This document shows, in pieces, positions 24,604-32,000 of a stretch of DNA of 32,000 nt. The notes under the pieces were generated by a model. The model ran no database searches. It saw only the letters and a list, made by a program, of their open reading frames with translations, and was not told the origin of the DNA. A program made the translations under genes and the position numbers. Numbering within the stretch: the stretch's first letter is position 1; every line of letters starts with the position of its first letter. Source of the DNA: Nostoc sp. PCC 7120 = FACHB-418. Lineage in GTDB: Bacteria; Cyanobacteriota; Cyanobacteriia; Cyanobacteriales; Nostocaceae. The stretch is from positions 1 to 32,000 of the forward strand of contig NC_003240.1 in the NCBI RefSeq assembly GCF_000009705.1, in the 5' to 3' direction.

Positions 24604-24939
24604 ATGGCCAGAGAACGGGAATTTCGTACTGTCAACCGCGTGTTAGGAGAACAGCCGCGCCTTGGGCCATTCCCCGCCGACCAAATTGTTCCCTGGAGTG
24701 CGATCGCTCTCATCTCCTACATGGTAGTCAAGGGTTTTATGCAAGCTTCTTGGCTTGCAACCGGAATTGTAACCGCCTGGGGATGGGCAACCTGGTGGAC
24801 AGTAAGTTCTAACAAAGCCTTTTTCGGTAAGTTTGTCGGCACGCCCCGCATCACCCGTGGTTACAAACCATTTGCCTCCCTCGTTAATCCTCTACAACCT
24901 CAACCCAAGAAGAAGCGCCAGCTGAAAAAACGCAGATAA
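24604..24939 (+). CDS. VirB3/TrbD-like small membrane protein
   Basis: It is 111 aa with a basic N-terminus (REREFRTVNRVLGEQPRLG), then two hydrophobic segments. It sits directly upstream of the VirB4-like ATPase, which is the canonical order. The ATG at 24604 is preferred over the track start. Confidence 0.4.
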   Translation: MAREREFRTVNRVLGEQPRLGPFPADQIVPWSAIALISYMVVKGFMQASWLATGIVTAWGWATWWTVSSNKAFFGKFVGTPRITRGYKPFASLVNPLQPQPKKKRQLKKRR

Positions 24940-24981
24940 AGCTTCTGAATTAATAAATATCAGCGAACAAAAATATAGGCT

Positions 24982-27810
24982 ATGAGTTCGACCGCCTCAA
25001 CAAAAATAAAGCACAAAATTGGTAAAAAATCTCTCGATACCGAACAATTAGGTGTTGTCAAAAATCTGACACCGTTTGAGGATATTACCCATTTAGCCGG
25101 GATTGCAAGTATCTCGCTTGCTGGTCGTAGAGATATCGGCGCACTTATTCTCCAGAAAAAAGAGGATATTCAAATCAAGTTCTGCTTTGACGTACAGGGA
25201 ATTCACCCGTCCTTGCCCGAAGAACAGATTCTCCCCATTTTTGAAAATATTGAAGGCGGACTCAAAGAACTTCCCGAACGAGAAACCTTAACAATTCACC
25301 TTGGTTCGTTCACTGATGATTTTCTCCGGCAGCAGGAACTAAAAAAGATAGAGGATAAATGCGATCTAGAGCAATTAACTTTATTAGTGCGATCGGAACG
25401 TCTGCGAGCAAGAGAACTCACCGAAGCAGGAACTCGTAAAAATAAGTTTTTACGTTTCTGGTGTACCTATAGTGTCCTGGCTTCTGAAGACAGTCGCTCA
25501 AATGATGCAATTGAAAAAACTATCAAACAATTGCAAAATGCCTGGTTTCAATTTACTGGACAAATTCACGGTGTGCGGCAAGAACGAATTGAAACAATCT
25601 TACGGGATAGTTTTACCTCTGGGTTTCAACGGTGGGAACAACTTTTGACAAACTCAATGGGGCTTTCAGTGCGAGCAGTCACCAGTGAGGAAGTATGGTC
25701 AATTCTTTGGAGTCAATTTAACCGTAGCGATGCACCCAAAGTTCCCAATCCCCTCATATTAGATGAAGAGGGACTTCGAGAAGTTCAAACTAGCGATTTC
25801 CACATTCGCCACCTGATGCTAGAGAACGAAAAATCTGTCCCGTTTCTCGATCGCAGCTGGGTAAGACTGCAAGACAGGTATATCGGCGTTCTTCAGTTTA
25901 GCGAAAAGCCCCAAGGCTGGGTAGATGAATACGCCCAGCTTCGATACCTCTGGGAGGTAATATCCAAAGAAAAAATCTCCGACACCGAGATTATTTGCCA
26001 GCTATCTAAAGCCAACCAGGGACTTGCCAAAACTGCTTTGCAACGGATTACCAAACAGTCAATTACCTCCAGCGCCATGTCTTCTGAGAAGGGGTCAATT
26101 GACGTAAAAGCCAATATGAATATTGAGGAGGCAGTTAAGGCACAAGAAACTATCCTCAGAGGCAGTCTCCCCATCCATACTGCTGTTGTTTTTTGTGTCC
26201 ATCGTCACAGTCGTCAAAAACTTGATGAAGCTTGTCAATACCTTTCTAGCTGTTTCTTGCGACCTGCTGTAGTTGATAGAGAAATCGAGTATGCCTGGAA
26301 AACATGGTTACAATGTGTACCTGTTATTTGGGAAAACCTACTTACAAGACCCTTTAACCGTCGCCTCCCCTATTTCTCATCAGAAGTTCCCGGACTCATG
26401 CCGATAGTTAGAACGGCTACGGGAGATAAATCCGGGTTTGAGCTAATTGCTGAAGAGGGAGGAACTCCAGTACATCTCGACTTGTACAAGCAGCACAAAA
26501 ATCTCGCCATTTTCGGTACTACCCGTGCTGGTAAATCTGTCTTAGTAGCAGGTCTATTAACACCTGCCTTGGCTCAAAACATTCCCGTAATTGCACTTGA
26601 TTATCCCAAACCCGATGGTACTAGTACGTTTACCGACTATACCAAATTTATGGGAGAAGAAGGGGCATATTTTGATATTAGTAAAGAATCGAACAACTTA
26701 TTTGAATTACCTGATTTAAGGGGCTATGAACCTGAAGTTATTAAAGAAAGGATGACCGATTTCAAGGAATTCTTGAAATCCACATTAATGATAATGGTAC
26801 TTGGGACAAATCCTGTCGGGGTAAGTCCCACAATGATATCAAATATCGAAAGTATCATTACAATCACAATTGAAACTTTTTACAACGATGAAGATATCAA
26901 ACTACGGTATAAGCTAGCACTAGAAAATGGATTAGGAACACCTGAATGGGCAGATATTCCAACACTTAAGGATTTCTATAATTATTGTTCACCTGGATTT
27001 ATCAAACTCGATTCCATCACCAATAATAGTAAAGAAATTCTCGATGCCCTTGACCAAATCAGATTGCGATTAAAGTTTTGGCTAAATTCACGAGTTGGGC
27101 AATCAATCGCCAATCCATCTAGCTTTAGAACTGATGCTCGATTGCTTGTATTCGCACTGCGATCGCTTGGGAGTGAAGCCGATGCCGCAGTCCTTGCCCT
27201 GAGTGCCTATTCCGCAGCTTTACGTAGAGCTTTATCATCTAAAGTATCAATATTTTTCTTAGATGAAGCACCAATTTTATTCAATTTTGAGAGCATAGCC
27301 GAGCTAATTGGTAGACTCTGCGCTAATGGGGCGAAAGCAGGTATACGTGTAATTTTATCTGCCCAAGAACCAGAAAGTATCTTCCAAAGTAAGTCTGCTT
27401 CCAAGATATTTGCTAACATCACAACCCGCCTGATCGGTCGGATTCAAACATCGGCAGTTGACCCATTTGTGAACAGGTTTAAATATCCTTATGAAATTAT
27501 CTCGCGTAATAGTACCGAAGCATTCTTTCCCAAATGCGAAAGTATTTATTCACAGTGGTTACTTGATGACAATGGCAAACTTACTTTCTGTAGATATTAT
27601 CCTGCTTATTGCTTACTTGCAGCAGTAGCAAATAACCCGAATGAGCAAGAATTACGCACTCTATTTCTCAATAAATATGCCGATAATCCAATGCTGGGTA
27701 TGGTGAAATTTTCAGAAAGCTATATACAACTGCTTCGGGGAGATGAGTTAAGCCAAGAAGCACAACAATTACTGGATAACAATAACAATCAGCAATTAAA
27801 GTCAGCATAA
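24982..27810 (+). CDS. virB4: VirB4/TrbE/TraC-family conjugative T4SS ATPase
   Basis: It is 942 aa. Walker A is LAIFGTTRAGKSVLVAG and Walker B is KVSIFFLDEAPILF. It is flanked by small membrane proteins upstream and by TrbJ/TrbL-like genes downstream. Confidence 0.8.
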   Translation: MSSTASTKIKHKIGKKSLDTEQLGVVKNLTPFEDITHLAGIASISLAGRRDIGALILQKKEDIQIKFCFDVQGIHPSLPEEQILPIFENIEGGLKELPERETLTIHLGSFTDDFLRQQELKKIEDKCDLEQLTLLVRSERLRARELTEAGTRKNKFLRFWCTYSVLASEDSRSNDAIEKTIKQLQNAWFQFTGQIHGVRQERIETILRDSFTSGFQRWEQLLTNSMGLSVRAVTSEEVWSILWSQFNRSDAPKVPNPLILDEEGLREVQTSDFHIRHLMLENEKSVPFLDRSWVRLQDRYIGVLQFSEKPQGWVDEYAQLRYLWEVISKEKISDTEIICQLSKANQGLAKTALQRITKQSITSSAMSSEKGSIDVKANMNIEEAVKAQETILRGSLPIHTAVVFCVHRHSRQKLDEACQYLSSCFLRPAVVDREIEYAWKTWLQCVPVIWENLLTRPFNRRLPYFSSEVPGLMPIVRTATGDKSGFELIAEEGGTPVHLDLYKQHKNLAIFGTTRAGKSVLVAGLLTPALAQNIPVIALDYPKPDGTSTFTDYTKFMGEEGAYFDISKESNNLFELPDLRGYEPEVIKERMTDFKEFLKSTLMIMVLGTNPVGVSPTMISNIESIITITIETFYNDEDIKLRYKLALENGLGTPEWADIPTLKDFYNYCSPGFIKLDSITNNSKEILDALDQIRLRLKFWLNSRVGQSIANPSSFRTDARLLVFALRSLGSEADAAVLALSAYSAALRRALSSKVSIFFLDEAPILFNFESIAELIGRLCANGAKAGIRVILSAQEPESIFQSKSASKIFANITTRLIGRIQTSAVDPFVNRFKYPYEIISRNSTEAFFPKCESIYSQWLLDDNGKLTFCRYYPAYCLLAAVANNPNEQELRTLFLNKYADNPMLGMVKFSESYIQLLRGDELSQEAQQLLDNNNNQQLKSA

Positions 27811-27922
27811 ATTATAGAAGAAAAGCTAAGAATAATCTGGATTTATAACAAGAAGAATCAATAACTCATAAACAAGTGGCTTAACTTTGATTGCCACATT
27901 GATTATTTTATCCACGAAAAGT

Positions 27923-28654
27923 ATGAAACCAAAATTCAAGTTTACTAAGAAAGGAGTAATAATCGGGTCAATAATTGGTCTGGTTACTTTACTCGGTACA
28001 GCACCCAGTTATGCCTTTTCAATTGACGATTTCTTCAAGGTTTTAGGGAAATTCAATAACTATTTTGAGGAAACCAAAAAGGAACTCACTTCAGGAACTA
28101 ATAAATGGGGTGGGATGAAAGGCGAAGCTAAAACTGCTATTCAGACTGGCAGTATGGATATGCCAGATCCAGTAAACTCAGCCGAAAAGCTCAAAGAGCA
28201 ACTCAAGAGCAAGGGTAACTGGAATGAAAGCAACACAGTTGAAGCTGCGGTCAGTGCAGCTAACGAACTGGAGAGAGAAACCACCCGCGCCACGATCGCC
28301 AGCGTCTTAGGGGAAGTCGGTCAGGAACGTACCAAAAATGAGATAGAAGCAACTGAACAAACTGTAGCTGAGGCCAAAGAACTCGCAGAATCTGCACAAC
28401 CAATGGATGCTTCACAAAACATCCTCAAGGTCATTGCTGCCCAAAACTCGCAAATTGTCTCAATGTTGGGTCAATCTCGCATTGACGGACTGCAAACACG
28501 GCACGATGCCCAGCAAACTAACCTGATGCTATCTCAACTTGCCGAACAAGGGGCCAGCGATCGCCGTCGTCAAAACCTGATGATGGACGGTATCAGCGCC
28601 CAGTATATCGAAATCAGTGGGTTTAGCAGTCTCAAAACTACCGCAGGTGAATAA
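27923..28654 (+). CDS. Secreted helical protein, TrbJ/VirB5-like by position
   Basis: It has a signal peptide, MKPKFKFTKKGVIIGSIIGLVTLLGTAPSYA|FS, followed by alpha-helical, coiled sequence. It lies between the VirB4-like and VirB6-like genes. The ATG at 27923 is preferred over the TTG at 27887. Confidence 0.4.
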   Translation: MKPKFKFTKKGVIIGSIIGLVTLLGTAPSYAFSIDDFFKVLGKFNNYFEETKKELTSGTNKWGGMKGEAKTAIQTGSMDMPDPVNSAEKLKEQLKSKGNWNESNTVEAAVSAANELERETTRATIASVLGEVGQERTKNEIEATEQTVAEAKELAESAQPMDASQNILKVIAAQNSQIVSMLGQSRIDGLQTRHDAQQTNLMLSQLAEQGASDRRRQNLMMDGISAQYIEISGFSSLKTTAGE

Positions 28655-28666
28655 TTCACCCTAATT

Positions 28667-28699
28667 AGTTGGTCATCTCTGCAATTGAGATGACCAACT
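28667..28699 (+). other. Perfect 13-bp stem hairpin inside the T4SS operon
   Basis: AGTTGGTCATCTC-TGCAATT-GAGATGACCAACT lies in the 70-nt gap between the TrbJ-like and TrbL-like genes. It has no T-run. Confidence 0.4.
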
Positions 28700-28724
28700 C
28701 TCTATCAGGTACATAATACAGACC

Positions 28725-29876
28725 ATGTTAGAACATCTTGTAATTGCAACCGACCCATTTTTTGGGCAAGACATTTTAGAAAATGCGTCAGCTGGAGCGC
28801 AATTAGTAGCAGAAGGTTTCAATGAACTTTGGCAAGAAACCCTCAACGGCAATTTGTACGGCTCGATGTGCAAAGTTGGTCAGTTTTTTGCGATCGCCAC
28901 ACTCACCCTTTTTATGGTTGAGTTAGGCAAAAACTGGATAAATCAAGAAGATATGAAAGCCCTCTCCAGTTGGATATGGCCCATTCTGGTGATCGGACTA
29001 CTAGCTAACAATGGCACTTTACTCAGAAGTGGAACACTCGCCATCCGGGGATACATTAATACTGTTAATAATGACATCCTAGAATTTACTGCTGCCGGAG
29101 CCAACCTAGAAGTAGCATTCAACCGTGCAGTCGGCAATATTGCCCTCCAGCAGCAAGTAGGGGCGGCAATGGAAAGATGCCGTTCCATCCCTGGTAACAC
29201 GCAAGATTCAATCACCTGCTTGCAACAAGCAGAAGCAGAACTTAAAACCTCTGCGCCCGATCTATTTAAAGGAGAAGCCCCCGATAGCGGTAGTTGGGAA
29301 TTTAATCCACTTCAGGCTTTATCTGATGCTAAAGACGCGCTCGAAAATCTCTCCCCTGGTCAAATAGCCGAAAAAATTGGTAATACTATCACCAGTACAA
29401 TCGGTTCGATGATCACCGGATTTGTCGCAGTTATCCTCCTCGCGCTCAATAACGCTTACCAATGGGGTATAGAATTCACAATGCTTTTAACTGCCCTACT
29501 TGGCCCGTTGGCAATAGGCGGTTCGCTACTCCCCTTTGGCGCAAAACCTATTTTCGCTTGGCTAACTGGTTATTTCACCGTTGGAATGGCGAAACTCTGC
29601 TTCAACATGATTATTGGTTTATGCGGACAACTTATCGCTAATTCCGAACAAAATCAACCGATGATATTTCTGCTTTTTGTTGGGCTAGTTTCTCCTATCC
29701 TGGCATCTGCATTAGCCGCAGGTGGTGGAATAGCTGTTTGGACAGGATTAGGTAAAACAGTAGCATTTGGCTCTGAAATTGCAGCAGGAATCGCTACAGG
29801 TGGAGCAAGTACAACTGCTACGGTTGCTGTCAACGCCACTAAATTTGTTAGTTCCAAAATCAAAGTTAAAAAGTAA
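28725..29876 (+). CDS. VirB6/TrbL-like polytopic inner-membrane protein
   Basis: It is 383 aa with multiple hydrophobic helices (FFAIATLTLFMVEL, WIWPILVIGLLA, ITGFVAVILLALNNAY, LLTALLGPLAIGGSLLPF, IFAWLTGYFTVGMAKLCFNMIIGL, MIFLLFVGLVSPILASALAAGGGIAVW), a central soluble loop and a Gly/Ala-rich tail. Confidence 0.5.
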   Translation: MLEHLVIATDPFFGQDILENASAGAQLVAEGFNELWQETLNGNLYGSMCKVGQFFAIATLTLFMVELGKNWINQEDMKALSSWIWPILVIGLLANNGTLLRSGTLAIRGYINTVNNDILEFTAAGANLEVAFNRAVGNIALQQQVGAAMERCRSIPGNTQDSITCLQQAEAELKTSAPDLFKGEAPDSGSWEFNPLQALSDAKDALENLSPGQIAEKIGNTITSTIGSMITGFVAVILLALNNAYQWGIEFTMLLTALLGPLAIGGSLLPFGAKPIFAWLTGYFTVGMAKLCFNMIIGLCGQLIANSEQNQPMIFLLFVGLVSPILASALAAGGGIAVWTGLGKTVAFGSEIAAGIATGGASTTATVAVNATKFVSSKIKVKK

Positions 29877-29889
29877 TTAACAAATAATT

Positions 29890-30666
29890 ATGCTTAAACC
29901 TAAGTCTAAATCTCAACCAGCTCGGCTTCTCAGTTATGGTCAATCTACCTCCACACCTATTGCAATGGCGATCGCCGTAACAGCAGGAGGAACTATCTTA
30001 TCTACCCTATTGCAAATAATAAATATTGGCATGAGTGCTAGTACAAATCATCATGTCAAAGGCATGACGATAGTTCAACTCCAAGATGGGTCTATTTCAC
30101 CTGGTAAATTTGCTGCTCCCAACGAACGCGAAGCCGAAACTATCAAACGCTTTATCTCAGATAGCATGATTAAAATGTTCGGCTGGAACGGAATAATCGA
30201 AGCAACAGAAAATGGCGAAAATGTCACTAAACCTGATAGGGGAATAGATATTCAAACAACAAAAAATAGTAGAAAAAAAATTCCTACTAGAGCCTGGGAA
30301 GCTGCATTTGCACTATCTGAAAATCAAGATTTCCGGGCAAATTTTCTTAAGAAATTAGCAGAAATCGTTCCAAGTGGTGTATTTAACGGTGAAGTTCAAG
30401 TTTCACTCGTCACCCGCCATATCTCTGAACCCAGAAAAATTAAGGATGGACAGTGGGAAGTCGATTATATTGCTACACTCGTCAGCTTTAATAGGAACGA
30501 AAACCAAGGCAAAGGAATCGCCTTTAACAAAACAATCACTGTTGAAGCTGTCGATACTCCCAAGTTACCAAATAAGCCAACTGAACTCGATAAGAAAATT
30601 TATTTAGTACGAGAACCAGGTTTAGAAATTACTCAAATTGTTGATTATAACCTCGGCAAGAAATAA
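29890..30666 (+). CDS. Bitopic membrane protein, VirB8/TrbF/DotI-like by architecture and position
   Basis: It has a single N-terminal TM segment (IAMAIAVTAGGTILSTLLQIINIG), then a ~200-aa soluble domain. It is located between the VirB6-like and VirB10-like genes. Confidence 0.35.
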   Translation: MLKPKSKSQPARLLSYGQSTSTPIAMAIAVTAGGTILSTLLQIINIGMSASTNHHVKGMTIVQLQDGSISPGKFAAPNEREAETIKRFISDSMIKMFGWNGIIEATENGENVTKPDRGIDIQTTKNSRKKIPTRAWEAAFALSENQDFRANFLKKLAEIVPSGVFNGEVQVSLVTRHISEPRKIKDGQWEVDYIATLVSFNRNENQGKGIAFNKTITVEAVDTPKLPNKPTELDKKIYLVREPGLEITQIVDYNLGKK

Positions 30667-30690
30667 AAATCATTAATCAAGCATAGAACT

Positions 30691-32000
30691 ATGTTACAGC
30701 TAGAACATGAGGCTTCCAATAAACATATATCTTCCGTAAATAGTCTTTTACCAATCGATAGTGCAGAAGAAGATGAAGTTGAAAATTCACAATTTGAGGT
30801 GGTTGAAGAAGATGAAACTGAAGTAGAAGACCCCGCGTTAATCCAAACTAAACACGACTTTGTTACATCTCCCTGGTCAAGATTAGGAATTATTGGTGGT
30901 GCATTCGGAGCTGGGTTTCTAGTTATATTTGTTGTCCTCAACGGCATAATGAATGGGAGTGGTAAAAACGCCAAAAAACCAGAATTAACTACTACTCCAA
31001 CTCCCACAGTTGCCGCATCTGAGAAAAAAGAAGGTGATGTTTATGCCAAGCTTGCTCTCGCCAAGCAACAGGAAGAACTTGATGCACTAAATGGTCAAGC
31101 TAACACAGAAGACAAAGAGGAGAAAAAGGAAACTACTGAAGAACAATCCAAAAACCAAGAGAAAACCCGTTCTATTCGACAACGAAGGGTAGTTGCTCAA
31201 GAAACTCCCCCTAATTCCAGAAGACGTGTATACCGAGAAGAAACACCCGAACCTGTTAGACCAACACGTAGAGTAGTGGCCTCACAGCCAATACCACCTC
31301 TACGTCCTAGCGCTCCTCTGCCAAAATTTGCCAAACAAACAGTTGCCAGCAACCAGAGTGTCGCCAAAGATCCAATAGCTGAACTCGAACGCCTGCGTAA
31401 CCTGGGTTCGGTTGGTCGAGTTGAGTATATGCTAGCCAGTACCACTGTCAGTGAACCTACAAACACGACAGTACCAGAAGTTACAGCTAAAACTGAAGAA
31501 ACATTACGCCCAGCAGAACAAAATAGCGATCGCTCTCGTCGTCGCCGTAGCCGACGCAGCGAGAATACCGAAACAGTTACCAATACCCCTAATCAAATTG
31601 AAGAACTGCGCCCGCGTTGGCAACCTGTAACCACAAACGACAGTACTCCAGAGTATAGCAATACTGATGACAAAGATAACAATCAAGCCGTGCCAGTTAT
31701 TTATAGCTTCTCGGTAAAAGAACCACAAACCATCTCAGAACTTGACAAAGAAAAGACCGTAGAATCCAGTTTTGCTAGTAATAAAGGAAACAACTCCACT
31801 CAGCAAGTCGAACAAGTTGCAAATAACTACCTGCCAGAAGAAGCACAGATACTCCAAGAAACACAACCGCAGTATCTAGTTGTCGGTTCGTTTGCAAGTG
31901 CAACCCTGGTAACTCCGCTCGTTATGCCCCAAACCAGTAATAACGCTCGTTCCCAAGAACAGACAAATACATTACGGTTTGTCGCCCGGTTGGACGAGCC
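30691..32000 (+). CDS. VirB10/TrbI-like protein, partial (runs off the window end)
   Basis: The frame from ATG 30691 is open to base 32000, so it is absent from the track. It has an acidic N-terminus, one TM segment (LGIIGGAFGAGFLVIFVVL), a long Pro/Arg/Glu-rich linker (ETPEPVRPTRRVVASQPIPPLRPSAPLP) and then LVVGSFASATLVTPLV, resembling the start of the TrbI/VirB10 C-terminal domain. Confidence 0.55.
   Translation, partial: MLQLEHEASNKHISSVNSLLPIDSAEEDEVENSQFEVVEEDETEVEDPALIQTKHDFVTSPWSRLGIIGGAFGAGFLVIFVVLNGIMNGSGKNAKKPELTTTPTPTVAASEKKEGDVYAKLALAKQQEELDALNGQANTEDKEEKKETTEEQSKNQEKTRSIRQRRVVAQETPPNSRRRVYREETPEPVRPTRRVVASQPIPPLRPSAPLPKFAKQTVASNQSVAKDPIAELERLRNLGSVGRVEYMLASTTVSEPTNTTVPEVTAKTEETLRPAEQNSDRSRRRRSRRSENTETVTNTPNQIEELRPRWQPVTTNDSTPEYSNTDDKDNNQAVPVIYSFSVKEPQTISELDKEKTVESSFASNKGNNSTQQVEQVANNYLPEEAQILQETQPQYLVVGSFASATLVTPLVMPQTSNNARSQEQTNTLRFVARLDE

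Noticed and set aside
24367-24812. ORFs 24367..24570 (-) and 24426..24812 (+)
   Set aside because: They overlap the pilin-like and VirB3-like genes in other frames. The peptides are Arg/Cys-rich and unlike membrane T4SS components.
30645-31728. Minus-strand ORFs 30645..31007, 31197..31583 and 31504..31728
   Set aside because: They are antisense to the long open VirB10-like frame (30691 to the window end), which has a coherent TM / Pro-rich linker / TrbI-like layout.
1-32000. CRISPR arrays, tRNA/rRNA genes, retron or reverse-transcriptase loci, and transposase genes
   Set aside because: I looked for regularly spaced direct repeats, tRNA-like T-arm motifs, and RT or DDE motifs in all listed ORFs and found none. 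The only regular repeat is the 3 x 8-bp array at 8952-8981, which is far too short for a CRISPR array.

Overview
This 32 kb window looks like part of a filamentous-cyanobacterial (Nostocales-like) plasmid or conjugative element. The HIP1 octamer GCGATCGC occurs at least 21 times by eye, against about 0.5 expected by chance, and Nostoc-type small dispersed repeats are present. Contents from left to right: (1) A truncated, divergently transcribed XRE-type HTH gene. (2) A tightly packed four-gene ubiquitin-like conjugation operon at 216-2911. It encodes a tandem beta-grasp Ubl ending in Gly, an E2-fold protein with no cysteine, a JAB-E1 fusion and a small Cys/His-rich DUF6527-like protein. (3) An E2-only CBASS operon at 3368-6382, with a CD-NTase ending in Gly, an E2-like protein and a nuclease-SAVED effector. 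(4) A 387-bp MITE-like nested inverted-repeat element flanked by a 19-bp direct repeat. (5) A tyrosine recombinase and RHH-type proteins, one preceded by three 11-bp-phased repeats. (6) A same-strand, AT-rich, HIP1-poor block of small genes: GNAT, HNH, Gp157-like, small membrane proteins and one truncated gene. (7) An ordinary amidase / DJ-1 / AhpD-like cluster with one LuxR and two TetR regulators and clear palindromic operators. (8) A divergent PD-(D/E)xK-like nuclease and AAA+ ATPase pair. (9) A type IV secretion (conjugation) gene set running off the right edge: pilin-like, VirB3-, VirB4-, TrbJ-, VirB6-, VirB8- and VirB10-like. I saw no rRNA, tRNA or CRISPR array. The best candidate for a poorly described system is the Ubl / Cys-less E2 / JAB-E1 / DUF6527-like operon and its position next to an E1-less CBASS. 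All family calls come from motif recognition by eye, not from searches.
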